Assembly (NCBI RefSeq): GCF_003063625.1
Contig: NZ_CP026604.1
Coordinates: 2,704,065-2,768,064, forward strand
DNA: 64,000 bases
DNA from: Saccharobesus litoralis
GTDB taxonomy: Bacteria > Pseudomonadota > Gammaproteobacteria > Enterobacterales > Alteromonadaceae
Direction of reading: 5' to 3'
Within the stretch, counting starts at the first letter, position 1. Every line of letters starts with the position of its first letter. Below are positions 20,559-30,998 of the stretch, piece by piece. The notes under the pieces were generated by a model. It was not told where the DNA came from. It saw only the letters and a list, made by a program, of their open reading frames with translations, and made no database searches. The position numbers and the translations under genes were made by a program.

Positions 20559-21500
20559 GTTCGGCAACCGAAGCTGAACGTGCCAGTATGGCTGCTGACC
20601 AGTTGGCCGCCATTCAAGGTCAAGAATTAGGTAATGTTGTCACCGCCTATCTGATTGTCGCTTTAGTGGCTTTAGGTTTAGCGGCTTTAATTTTGTTTAC
20701 TAAATTCCCTGCAGGTAAGTCGAGCGATAATTTTGGTGAATTAAAGCAAGCCTTTGGTCGCTTAAAGCAAAACGCTAACTGGAAGTTTGCCGTGGTCGCG
20801 CAATTTTTCTATGTCGGCTGTCAGATCGGTGTTTGGACTTACGCTATAAAGTACATTATGGACAACCACGCGGGTGTAACGACCGAAGCACAAGCCGGTG
20901 ACTATGTGTTCTATGGCTTATGTGTATATGCCGCTTTTCGTTTTATCTGTACTGGCTTAATGAGCTTTGTTAGCCCAAGCAAATTATTGTCTATTATGGC
21001 AATTATTGCGATAGCCCTTATTTCGACTGCTATTTTTATTGGTGGTGAAATCGGGACTTATGCATTACTCGGCAGTTTTACTTGTATGTCACTTATGTTC
21101 CCGACTATTTACGGCTTAGGTTTAACCGGCGTTGGCGAAGATCGTAAATTAGGTGGCTCATTTATTATTATGGCTATTCTTGGCGGTGCGATATTGGTGC
21201 CTTTACAAGGTTGGGTGATTGACGTTACCGGCAGTGTAAACGTGAGTTATTTAATTCCGTTGACTTGTTTTAGCATAGTACTAGGCTTTAGCTTATTCTC
21301 ACGTAAGTATTTAAAGCAGTAATACACCTAGTTAAAGATATATAGGGTATATGTGAAGTTAATAGACTTCACACTGAGCTTGTCGAAGTGTTTATATTCT
21401 CAAATATATAGAGGCTTCGACAGCTTCGCGCTCAGCCTGAAGTATTTGTGCTTACATAGTAATTTTAATATTTCATAGATTATTGAATTTTAAGTTTTAA

Positions 21501-22022
21501 ATGGATAAACAACACGCACTATTCGCCGCCTTTATTCGCCAATATCAAGCTGGTTTGCGAGCGTTTGTGCGTGGCTTAGGCGTGCAAAGCCATGCGGTTG
21601 ATGATATCGCCCAAGAAGCCTTTTTAGTGGCTTATCGCCAACTCGATAAATTTGATCAAGATTTAGATTTTGGTAATTGGCTGCGCGGCATTGCGCGTAA
21701 CATTGTACGGAATGAACTACGTAAAAATGCCCGGCAAAACCGCATAATGGATGAAAGCTTAAGCCACTTTCTGATCAACGAATTTGAGCTTAACTACGAG
21801 CCATCGGATTACGATGGCGACGAAGTTAAAGCCTTAACCGAATGTATAAGCGGCCTACCCGATAAGAGCCGCAGTTTGATCGTCAAAAAATACTCAGAAG
21901 AACAAAATACTCAAGCATTATCAGAACAATTTAATATGACGGCTACAGCTATACGATTAGCGCTAATGCGCATTCGTAACAAGCTTAAAGCCTGTGTTGA
22001 TTATAGGTTAGGTTATGAGTAG
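21501..22022 (+). CDS. ECF-type RNA polymerase sigma-70 factor
   Basis: Sigma-70 region 2/4 patterns (…DIAQEAFLVAYRQLDKFD…NWLRGIARN…). 8-bp overlap with the downstream gene. Confidence 0.8.
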   Translation: MDKQHALFAAFIRQYQAGLRAFVRGLGVQSHAVDDIAQEAFLVAYRQLDKFDQDLDFGNWLRGIARNIVRNELRKNARQNRIMDESLSHFLINEFELNYEPSDYDGDEVKALTECISGLPDKSRSLIVKKYSEEQNTQALSEQFNMTATAIRLALMRIRNKLKACVDYRLGYE

Positions 22023-23742
22023 TAATAACGACAGCCAAAAACGTTTTGATGAACTCCTGTGTTTAGTGGTGGAAGAGCAAGCCACCACTGAGCAAATAAC
22101 TGAGTTGTTAGATATCGCCGAGCATGATGCTGAACTTAAGCACAAGTTAAAAGCGCAACTCGAAATTGACTTTTTACTCAGTCAAGTTGAACAGACTGAG
22201 CAAAAAGCTAATGTATTTGTCGACGCGGTGTTGCAAGCTTCAGCATCGGAATCCCAAATTAAAGACTTTGAAAAACAAGTGATTGGCGCGATCCAAGCAG
22301 AAGCTGATGCCGCCAAGCAACAAGCGCTAAGACAAGAGCAACAAAATCAAACGCCAATCGACAATAAAGTCGTATATCTACCTTGGGCCATATCGGGCTT
22401 TAGTATGGCTGCTTGTGTGCTTCTGTCGGTATTGTTTTTCTTTTATGGTGGCCGGCCAATTACGGTAGCACCCATGGCGCAAGTGCCCGTTGTCGAGGTT
22501 GAAGATAACGGTGTCGCCGTTGTGGTTAACACAGTGGCGAATAAACGAGACTACCGCATAGGTCAAACCATATCACCGGGTAAACTCAAAATTGAGCAAG
22601 GCTTTATGGAATTGGAATTCTATAATGGCGCGCAACTGAAAATTGCAGGCCCTGCTGAGCTTGAAGTGATTAGCGCACAGCGCGTGAAGTTACTTAGCGG
22701 TAAAGTGATGACAGATGTACCGCATGTGGCCATTGGTTTTACCATTGATACGCCCAACTCTGAAGTGGTCGATTTAGGCACGGCGATTGGTGTATCAGTC
22801 GATGAAAATGGTCAATCGCAAGTTCACGTTTTTGATGGCTTAATTGAAGCGGTTGATAAAGACGGTAATAAGCAACAGATTGCTAAAGGTGAAGCTTTAA
22901 ATATAGATGCCCCAAAAATGAGCGAGTGGCAGCAAACTAAAGCCAAAGCCGGACAATTTTCAGAGTTTTCTGAAATTGCCGATCTCACAGTGTTTGCGAT
23001 TGATCAAAAGCATCAGCGCTGGTTAGAAATGCGAGACTTGATTATTCAAGAGCCAAGTTTGGTGGCCTATTACGATTTTGAAAAAGACAGCAGTAAACCC
23101 AGAATTTTAAAAAATGTCGCCAATACCAGTGAAGAGTTTAATGGTGCTATTGTCGGAGCAAAATGGGCTGCAGGGCCTTGGCCAGGCAAATCGTCACTGG
23201 ATTTTAAACGTTCAAGTGACAGAGTGCGGGTTGATATTGATGGACGCTTTGATGAATTTACCCTAGCGGCTTGGGTGAAAATTGATAGTCTTGATCGCAC
23301 CTTTAGCGCTTTGTTGTTAACCGATGGTTATCGCCCCGGTGATATGCATTGGCAGTTAGGCCAGTTTGGTCAATCGCGCCATGGTTTAATTGTACTCGGA
23401 TTGGCGGCTACGCTGGAACAGAAAGGGGCTTATAAAGGGCGTAACTATAATTACGCCCCATTTTTCTCGGTTGCTGATTCCGGTACTTGGTATCACTTAG
23501 CAACATCGGTCAGCCAAAACAGCAAAGAGGTAAAAACCTACATTAACGGTGAACTCGTTAAACGTCAGCCACTGCTTTATTTTTCTGATTTTTGGCGTAT
23601 CGAGAAAGCTAATATAGCCAACTGGAATAGCAAAAAAAACGCCAACCCATTGCGTAACTTAAATGGTAGTATGGCTGAAATGATGATTTTCTCGCGTGCC
23701 TTAGGTGATGATGAAGTGGCACAGATAGCGTTGAAGGATTAA
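22015..23742 (+). CDS. FecR-like anti-sigma factor with a C-terminal LamG/concanavalin-like domain
   Basis: Single TM after aa 120. FecR beta-sandwich block (…LKIEQGFMELEFYNGAQLKIAGPAELEV…). Lectin-like C-terminus. Confidence 0.6.
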   Translation: MSSNNDSQKRFDELLCLVVEEQATTEQITELLDIAEHDAELKHKLKAQLEIDFLLSQVEQTEQKANVFVDAVLQASASESQIKDFEKQVIGAIQAEADAAKQQALRQEQQNQTPIDNKVVYLPWAISGFSMAACVLLSVLFFFYGGRPITVAPMAQVPVVEVEDNGVAVVVNTVANKRDYRIGQTISPGKLKIEQGFMELEFYNGAQLKIAGPAELEVISAQRVKLLSGKVMTDVPHVAIGFTIDTPNSEVVDLGTAIGVSVDENGQSQVHVFDGLIEAVDKDGNKQQIAKGEALNIDAPKMSEWQQTKAKAGQFSEFSEIADLTVFAIDQKHQRWLEMRDLIIQEPSLVAYYDFEKDSSKPRILKNVANTSEEFNGAIVGAKWAAGPWPGKSSLDFKRSSDRVRVDIDGRFDEFTLAAWVKIDSLDRTFSALLLTDGYRPGDMHWQLGQFGQSRHGLIVLGLAATLEQKGAYKGRNYNYAPFFSVADSGTWYHLATSVSQNSKEVKTYINGELVKRQPLLYFSDFWRIEKANIANWNSKKNANPLRNLNGSMAEMMIFSRALGDDEVAQIALKD

Positions 23743-23800
23743 CCTCTAATGTTTTGGAAAATATTGGGCTTTATTCTTTAGACCAACCTTGGGTAAATAA

Positions 23801-24313
23801 ATGTCTCAACAAAACGCTATCAAATCTTGGGATGGTAAGTCCAAAGACGATATTCAAGCCATATTTGCTGAATACTCTGCCCAAGACGACTTTATCTATT
23901 CATTAATTTGTGGTTTAACAGAGCCTGAAATTCAAGATGGCGCTTCGTGGTTGCTTAAACATTTTCTTGAAGCGAAAAAGAAGCCAAAGAACAACCATTT
24001 AAACCCAGCGCAAACTCAGCAAGTTTTATCTACTTTACACCAGCTAAATACTTGGCCATCACAGCTGCATATATTGCAATGCTTACCCTATCTGACATTA
24101 GATAAAAACAGCAAACAATCACTAGCAGCCTTTATTCGTTTGACCATGCAAAGCGACAATAAAATGGTGCGCGCGTGGGCGTATAATGGTTTTTATCTAC
24201 TAGCACAAACATTTACTGAGTACCAAACTGAAATGCATGACTGCTTAACCTTAGCGCTTAACGATAAAGACGAAGCCGCGTCGGTTAAGGCTAGGATCCG
24301 TAAACTCGTTTAA
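23801..24313 (+). CDS. Hypothetical protein (helical, HEAT-like?)
   Basis: ORF only. Confidence 0.35.
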   Translation: MSQQNAIKSWDGKSKDDIQAIFAEYSAQDDFIYSLICGLTEPEIQDGASWLLKHFLEAKKKPKNNHLNPAQTQQVLSTLHQLNTWPSQLHILQCLPYLTLDKNSKQSLAAFIRLTMQSDNKMVRAWAYNGFYLLAQTFTEYQTEMHDCLTLALNDKDEAASVKARIRKLV

Positions 24314-24376
24314 ACTTGCCTAATTGATTAGCAAACGATAGGCTAAGCGTAATCACTCAGTAAATGGAATTTTATT

Positions 24377-24730
24377 ATGCGGACGTTAGTTTTTGTCTTA
24401 TTTGCTTCCACACTAATGATGCCCAACGCACACGCCAACAGCTTTCGTTCAGGAGTATTAGAAGGCTTCAAAGAAAAGTGTTTAGCCCGTTATAAAAATA
24501 AAGACATTGATGAAAATAAAGCCATAGAGATTTGCCAATGCGAAACTAAAGTACTGGATGACAACAATAGTTCTTGGGATTTTATCGTTCTAGGGGTTAA
24601 ATCCGCGATAGGCTCCGATGTTAAAAATACGGAAAAGGCGAAAGCAATACGCAAAGATATGGCGAAGTGTCGCCAACCGAAAAACAAAAAGACCGAACCT
24701 CAAGCACCAAAAAAAGATGAGCGAGTTTAA
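24377..24730 (+). CDS. Small secreted/periplasmic protein with signal peptide
   Basis: MRTLVFVLFASTLMMPNAHA signal. Lys-rich C-terminus. Confidence 0.4.
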   Translation: MRTLVFVLFASTLMMPNAHANSFRSGVLEGFKEKCLARYKNKDIDENKAIEICQCETKVLDDNNSSWDFIVLGVKSAIGSDVKNTEKAKAIRKDMAKCRQPKNKKTEPQAPKKDERV

Positions 24731-25064
24731 CCTTAGTAAATGCTCGCTAGATGGTGGTTTAGCCGACATTGAGCAGACGTGTTTAAGAAAGTTTTATTAA
24801 AGTGCCCGTTTTGTATAAAAAATAAACACAAACAGCTATTTGTTAAATGATTTTCTAACCTAGTTCATTGCAGGATAGTTGTTGTTAGTTTTCCAATACA
24901 AATTTGATCAACTTATTCAGAATTCGATTATTCGGGAATTTATAAATGTCGATAACTTCGCCTAAAGTACGAGAAATTGAATTGATAAAAATGGAAAAAT
25001 CGCCGTCTGATCTGATCAATGTCAGGTGAATGAAAAGGTGCGGACGATAATTGACCTTTGCAAA

Positions 25065-25369
25065 GTAGGTTGCCCAGAGCGCAGCGAATCGCAACACGAC
25101 CATGTTGCAGGATTAAGCCAATCAAATAGACATTACTTTTGTGGGCGAGCATTTATGCTTGCAGAGCCTGCAAACCTACGCGGGTAAAAGAGCAAGGCAA
25201 CCAAAAGTAGGGGTTGGTAAGCCAAATCTTGCCTACAATAAAAGACTGCTTTGAGCACAAAAGCGGACATAAACAGATTTGGAAAAATTACCCGTAGGTT
25301 GCCCTGAGCGCAGCGAATCGCAACACGAGCATGCTGCAGGTTAAAACCAATTTAATAGACATTACATTA
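25065..25369. repeat. Two direct copies of an about 76-bp repeat (25065-25140 and 25284-25369) with a REP-like palindrome between them
   Basis: gtaggttgccc[a/t]gagcgcagcgaatcgcaacacga… occurs twice, 219 bp apart. Confidence 0.8.
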
Positions 25370-25545
25370 TTGGGTTCTCAACAAGAACGGTGCGGTTCGT
25401 TATACTCACAGCCGCCGTCTCAAAACAATTCGCAAAAACACAGAACAAACCAATGAGGCATTGGCTTTAGAAACCAATGCCTCATTCGTAAAGGGCTGTA
25501 AGTCTATTTTTCTATTTTAGGCTGAAAAACAGCCAAGTTTTAGAC

Positions 25546-28500
25546 TTACTTATCGGCCTTTGGTGAACCCATCCAAGCTCGGCCTAAAGCACGCATCGCT
25601 TTGCCTATTTCGTTAATTGGCTCAACTAAATCTGTGCCATTACCACTAAGGTTTTTCTGAATATCACCTAAGGTTTGTGCCACGGCAGCGAGTTGATTAG
25701 CCATTTGCTGCTTAGGATCGGATTCATCACCTAAAGCTTGTTTACGGTTATAGCGGCTACAAATTAATTGCCAACGTTCCTGTTCGGTTTCGCTCATTTG
25801 TCCGCGTAACTGCGCTAGCTTTAATAGGTTTTCCTCCGCGCCCGAGGTTAGGGTTTGCGCCTCACCAACATAGTGATCACCAATTAAACGCATCAGTTCG
25901 TCATGGTTCATTACCGACGAGACTTTTTCCGCCATCTTGTTCATATTTCGGTATGAACCTTGAAGCTTAAATGGCGGCTCGGTGCGGTACTCTTCCGCGG
26001 TAGCGGCTGACTCAATATATTGCAGGTTAACTTTCAAGATCACTTCCTGAATGGCTAGCATATGTTTAAGGACAGAAACTATCTCGTTTACTTCGGCACC
26101 ACTGTAATCATGGCTTAAGTCGGTGCTGGCGATTTCCGCACCTTGTGCCATATCGACAAACTTATATACGTCATCCATATCGCGTAGCGCTAATGGCGCT
26201 AGCACAGGATTCGAGGTTAAGCTGTTTTCGATATAACTCAGGGCGAACTGCTTTTCTTTACCGCCCAATACGTCACCTAAGTTGTAGATATCGGCACGGT
26301 TGGCAAGCATGTCCGGTACTTTAAATACGTCACCCGATTCTGTGTATGGGTTACCCGCCATACAAACACAGAACTTCTTGCCACGCATATCATAGGTTTT
26401 GCTTTGGCCTTGCCAAATACCTTCAATACGGCGCGTACCGTCACACAGCGAGATAAACTTCTGCAAAAACTCTGGGTGAGTATGCTGAATATCATCTAAA
26501 TACAGCATGACATTGCTACCCATCTCTAAGCCTAGGTTAAGTTTTTCTAGCTCTTGGGCGGCAGTCGCATTTGGTGCTTGGTTTGGATCCAGTGAGGTGA
26601 CATCATGACCTAACGACGGGCAGTTTATTTTCATAAACACCAAACCAAGGCGATTAGCCACATATTCCATTAAGGTAGTTTTACCGTAACCTGGCGGTGA
26701 AATAAGTAACAACAAGCCCATTAAATCGGTACGTTTGTTATCACCTACTGTACCCATCTGCTTGGCGAGGTTGTCGCCAATAATATGCAAATAGACATCG
26801 TTGATAAGCTTGTTACGCACGAACGAACTAAGCGGATTGGCTTTAAAGGCTTCTAACTGCAGTTCAGAACGATAGCGTTCGACCAACTCGTGTCTTAGCT
26901 CATGATAGCGATTAAAGTTAGCAACGTCTTGCAGACTAAATTCGGCTAAGCGTTGGCTAAATTCATCCAGAGTTAGTGCTAAGGTGCCGCTTTCAACTCG
27001 CTTATGATCACTTAATAAGCCTTGTACCTGAGCATCAAGTTGTACCTGAGTCACGGTTCGTGGCAGTGATTGGCAGATCAAGATAGCCGCCGCTTCGGTC
27101 AAATAATGTTGGCTCGCAGCCGAACCTTCAGTTTCGCTAGTTGCTTGTTTTGTGACAAAAGCGCTGAGCCAAGACAAACATAACTGCCATTGTTCTTTAA
27201 GACCACTAATGCTGTTTGCTGTCGTTTGAACTTTTTTCGACTTTAAACGGGTTTGTTCTATTAACTCGGCAAACTGAGTCATGGCAGTGACATAGTCTTT
27301 GTGATGACCGATCTGCTGCAAATATTCAACAAACTGATTAGCCAGTTGCTGACCGGCTTGGCTTTGCTCAAGGTTTAATTCAGGCTTAGCTAGCTCTAAA
27401 CTAAGGTAATTAGCGGCATCTAAACACAGCTTTTTGTTTAAGCTGCTGTCATCGGCTAAACCGAAGGCCAAGCTAAAGGCTTGCAAGGCGCTGTTTAGCT
27501 CTGAAATTAACTGTTCAAAACCTTGGCGACTGCCAAGCGATTCTGCCAACAATGCGGCGCTTTGTGCGTGACGTTGCCAAATAGTTTGCTTGGCTTGTAC
27601 TTGTGCATCGAATTGCAAAAATAGTGCGGCTAAGGCTCGACAATCGGCATTAAAGCGCAATAGGCCTGCTTGCTGGTGAATCGGTAATAACGCAGATAAG
27701 ATCTTCACCGCATCATTGTCATGAATACCTTTTTCGTAACCTTCTTGGTAACGCGGCGCGATAAATTTACGTACCACATCGACCAATTTATCTTGCTCAG
27801 CAACCCAGCCGTACAAGTCTTTTAAGCAGTAACCATGTACTTGCTGTTCGGCATCTTGAATGATTTGATAAGCCAAATACTCGGCGCGACAGACTTTGTC
27901 GTTTTCCGATACCAGATTTTGCTGCCAGTACGGCTTTAGTTCTGTAATTTCTGGTTCGTTAACCGCTTCAAAATAGTCAGTACCCGTTAGATGCTTAACC
28001 ATTTTGCCTTCACGCGGTAATAAGGTGAGATCCAAGACTTGTGAGTTTACACTAAACTTGTGCTTACCTAGCTTGATCACCGAACCGCCATCTTCAAAGA
28101 TATCTTGCTTATCGCGCAGGCTACGAATGGCTTGTTCTTTGGCGGCTTTTACCTTGGCTTCAATATCGTCAGCTTTAACTTGATCATCTAAATCACGTAG
28201 TTGCTGAGTCAGTTCACCGAGTTTAAGCACCATAGGATCAGAGGCAAAATAGGTATTTAACTGATCGGTATCTTGGAAACTGCTAGCACGACGGTTAACC
28301 CCGCTGATAATCCGCTCGGCGGCACTTTGCAGGTTTTGAGCGCGACGCTGACGTTCTTCCAATAAGGTTTGTTTACGACTTTCAAACGCGTCGTGTAACT
28401 CTTCACGCTTGGTTAGAATATCGGATAAGAACTGATCGTACTCACTGAATTTAGATTCTAGTTCTTCTAATTGCACTAACAGGCGAGATAGCTGTTCGTC

Positions 28501-30687
28501 GGCCTTTTCTGGCGTATCCGCCATGGCTAACGCACTATTAATGCTTTGTCCGAACAAACGGAATTGTGCGGCAAACTCAGCAACAGCTTCGCCTGAACCC
28601 AAGTCTTTTTGACGATTACGGCCAAGCGCTTTAACTTGGTTAAGCTGGGCGTAGATCTCGGATATATCATCTAAGATCTGGGTGCGTACCGTGGCATCTT
28701 CGACTTTTAAGGTATTAAGGATCTCGGTTAATAGATCTAAGCCTGCGGATAATTCAGCTAGCTTGTCGTTAAGTGGTTTCAGTTCTACCACTAATTCGAC
28801 GTGTTCTATTTTGTCTTTTAGTTCGCTGATCTGCGTATCGTATGGGGCTAGCGCTTTATCACCGGCTAAAAAGGTGACCGTAGCTTGGCTAACTTCGTCA
28901 TAACGTTCGGCGACTTCATCATCAAGCTGCTGCAAACGTGTGGTATTGATATAGCGTTGTTCTTTTAAGCTAATCAAATGACCACGCTGTTGGCGCAATT
29001 CGTTTAGGCAGGCCACATATTCTTCGGGTAGTTTCCAATCTGGAATGCGAATACTGCTGATGATGGCTTGCTGTTTTTCTTCTGCTTCGCTTAAGGCTTT
29101 TTGCGCTTGGTTACGAATTTGCTCAACTTTAACAAACTCGTCGATCACTAGATCGGCATTGCCACTTATTTCGCGAACTGTATTGCCGATACCCGCCAGT
29201 TCTTCGTCATCTAACCAGTAAAACGCATCAAATAATGATTTACTGTTAGCGATTAAATCTTCATACAAGCGGCGACTTGGATTCGGATCTTGGATCATGC
29301 GATGTAAGCTGGTTAGCTCACTAATACCACGCACTAACTCTTTGTTGCCGATACGACTGTAAAAAGTATCTTTACTCGGCTGTTTAGCGGCAAACTCTTG
29401 GCTGAAGTAGGGGGTATTCCACACTTGCATTGGATGCACGCGAGTTGGCTCTTCTTCGGCACTAAAGATCAGCGCTTGGCCATCTTCATATAAACAGTAA
29501 CCATGACCGTAAATTGGGTTTTGCAGCTCTTTACGGATCAGGTTATACGAGAATAAACCGACTAAACCTTCTTCTGGCTCGTAGAATACGAACAAGACAT
29601 CTTCGCCATTTGGTGAGCGGATCGCTCGTTTAAATGCCAGCCCTTCAATTTGATCAGGGAAAGATTTGGTTTCACCATTTTGCAGGTAGTAACCACCCGG
29701 GAAAATAATACCGTGATCTTCAGGTAACGAAATACACGCGGAGCCAATTGCATCAATACGATTGACTTGATTGTTGCGGGTATTAAACACCAAATAGCGG
29801 ATCTGCTTTTCCCGATAGGGTTGGATCTTTAATAAGATCAAGCTACCGACTTCGGCGTAATGGATCTGGGCGTCGGCTAAGCTTTGGGTTTTATCTTCGA
29901 CAGGTTCACGATAAATGCCTTGGCCATCTTCGGTATTGTCTTCAACCTTGATGGTCAGGTCGCCACCCACAGTTTCAACAAATACTTTATCCAGAATACT
30001 GATATGTGGATGCTTACCGGATACATGGTCTTCACGCGATACGGCTTGCCATTCAAAGTCATGCGACGCCGACTTTTTGATTGCCCGCTCACCACGGTTA
30101 TCGATATAAGTGGCAGTACCATCTTTATTGATTTGCCACTGGAAGACGCGAATATCGGTAACTTGGCGGCCAATTTGGAAAATGGCAAATAGTTGCTCGC
30201 CTTGCACCTTTAATTGGATCAAGCGCGAGCTTTTGTAGTAGATATAAAGCTCTTGGAATTCTTGCTGGAATTTTGCATCGGCTAAAAAGGTACCGTCGAT
30301 AGGTACATCTTGAATATCCACTTTCTGTTGTTGTGAAGAGCTATCGTCGGCATTACTAAGCTTGTATAAGCTAAATACATCGCTGACTTGGGTTTCTTTT
30401 TTAAGACCAATAAAGACGTTGTAACCAAATAATAATAAGTCGCCAACTCGAACAATATCGCGTGCTACACAGTTGTTTTCGGTACGCACTCGAATACGGC
30501 TAGCCACTTCCAGTGGAGCTTGACCAAACTCGTCGATACGCGCTTGGTTTAAAGCATCAACTTGGTTTTTCAGCTGTTGCGCTTGTTCGTTAAGACGTGC
30601 GCAGATCACTTCATAAGCGCCACCTTGGGTGACAGCTGAATCTAAAACGCTTTCTTCAAGGTTTTCGATTGAATTAGGTTCTGACAT
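25546..30687 (-). CDS. Giant (1713 aa) coiled-coil protein with a C-proximal AAA+ (MoxR/AAA_5-like) ATPase domain. It is the last gene of an NfeD-flotillin operon.
   Basis: Walker A ISPPGYGKTT (nt about 26685-26711). Walker B MLYLDDIQH. Long heptad-rich central region. Confidence 0.6.
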   Translation of the reverse strand: MSEPNSIENLEESVLDSAVTQGGAYEVICARLNEQAQQLKNQVDALNQARIDEFGQAPLEVASRIRVRTENNCVARDIVRVGDLLLFGYNVFIGLKKETQVSDVFSLYKLSNADDSSSQQQKVDIQDVPIDGTFLADAKFQQEFQELYIYYKSSRLIQLKVQGEQLFAIFQIGRQVTDIRVFQWQINKDGTATYIDNRGERAIKKSASHDFEWQAVSREDHVSGKHPHISILDKVFVETVGGDLTIKVEDNTEDGQGIYREPVEDKTQSLADAQIHYAEVGSLILLKIQPYREKQIRYLVFNTRNNQVNRIDAIGSACISLPEDHGIIFPGGYYLQNGETKSFPDQIEGLAFKRAIRSPNGEDVLFVFYEPEEGLVGLFSYNLIRKELQNPIYGHGYCLYEDGQALIFSAEEEPTRVHPMQVWNTPYFSQEFAAKQPSKDTFYSRIGNKELVRGISELTSLHRMIQDPNPSRRLYEDLIANSKSLFDAFYWLDDEELAGIGNTVREISGNADLVIDEFVKVEQIRNQAQKALSEAEEKQQAIISSIRIPDWKLPEEYVACLNELRQQRGHLISLKEQRYINTTRLQQLDDEVAERYDEVSQATVTFLAGDKALAPYDTQISELKDKIEHVELVVELKPLNDKLAELSAGLDLLTEILNTLKVEDATVRTQILDDISEIYAQLNQVKALGRNRQKDLGSGEAVAEFAAQFRLFGQSINSALAMADTPEKADEQLSRLLVQLEELESKFSEYDQFLSDILTKREELHDAFESRKQTLLEERQRRAQNLQSAAERIISGVNRRASSFQDTDQLNTYFASDPMVLKLGELTQQLRDLDDQVKADDIEAKVKAAKEQAIRSLRDKQDIFEDGGSVIKLGKHKFSVNSQVLDLTLLPREGKMVKHLTGTDYFEAVNEPEITELKPYWQQNLVSENDKVCRAEYLAYQIIQDAEQQVHGYCLKDLYGWVAEQDKLVDVVRKFIAPRYQEGYEKGIHDNDAVKILSALLPIHQQAGLLRFNADCRALAALFLQFDAQVQAKQTIWQRHAQSAALLAESLGSRQGFEQLISELNSALQAFSLAFGLADDSSLNKKLCLDAANYLSLELAKPELNLEQSQAGQQLANQFVEYLQQIGHHKDYVTAMTQFAELIEQTRLKSKKVQTTANSISGLKEQWQLCLSWLSAFVTKQATSETEGSAASQHYLTEAAAILICQSLPRTVTQVQLDAQVQGLLSDHKRVESGTLALTLDEFSQRLAEFSLQDVANFNRYHELRHELVERYRSELQLEAFKANPLSSFVRNKLINDVYLHIIGDNLAKQMGTVGDNKRTDLMGLLLLISPPGYGKTTLMEYVANRLGLVFMKINCPSLGHDVTSLDPNQAPNATAAQELEKLNLGLEMGSNVMLYLDDIQHTHPEFLQKFISLCDGTRRIEGIWQGQSKTYDMRGKKFCVCMAGNPYTESGDVFKVPDMLANRADIYNLGDVLGGKEKQFALSYIENSLTSNPVLAPLALRDMDDVYKFVDMAQGAEIASTDLSHDYSGAEVNEIVSVLKHMLAIQEVILKVNLQYIESAATAEEYRTEPPFKLQGSYRNMNKMAEKVSSVMNHDELMRLIGDHYVGEAQTLTSGAEENLLKLAQLRGQMSETEQERWQLICSRYNRKQALGDESDPKQQMANQLAAVAQTLGDIQKNLSGNGTDLVEPINEIGKAMRALGRAWMGSPKADK

Positions 30688-30699
30688 AAATACAGACTC

Positions 30700-30995
30700 T
30701 TGCTAAATTCATTATGTTTGTGGGCGAGCATTGTCGAGATAAATCTCGACCTACAAGGTTATTTGTAGGTGCGTTCGACAAGGGGAGGTACCTACTAAAT
30801 CAGCTAATTAGCTTAATGGCTTGGCTGTTTATTGTAGGTTCGACGCTGGCGTCGTATTTGAAACGATGACGAAGCAGCAGCTTCGACCTACAAAGGATTT
30901 AGCAAACTATTTAATTTAAATAAGCACCCAAAGGGTTATTTATAACCCTTGTCGAGGCGCCAAAAGTAGGCGCCTTAAGCAAGCCTCGACCTACA
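30700..30995. repeat. Cluster of REP-like palindromes between the giant ATPase gene and the flotillin gene
   Basis: Multiple …tcgacctacaa / ttgtaggtcga… units. Confidence 0.75.
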
Positions 30996-30998
30996 ACT

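Larger units (their letters stand above)
18314..21322 (+). pseudogene. FucP/GluP-like MFS sugar:H+ symporter gene interrupted by an IS4-family element. Coding parts are 18314-18897 and 20559-21322.
   Basis: The N-terminal fragment …WGAANNMTDLLVPAFQKV… and the C-terminal fragment join in frame across the 9-bp target duplication TTCGGCAAC. Confidence 0.8.

Noticed and set aside
24885-25152. Two overlapping minus-strand ORFs (72 and 70 aa) in the 815-bp intergenic region
   Set aside because: They lie across REP/direct-repeat DNA. No coding signal.
25546-30687. Giant protein as SbcC/SMC-type repair ATPase
   Set aside because: SbcC/SMC have the Walker A at the extreme N-terminus and Walker B at the C-terminus. 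Here a single compact AAA+ domain (Walker A about aa 1330, Walker B about 1395) lies near the C-terminus.
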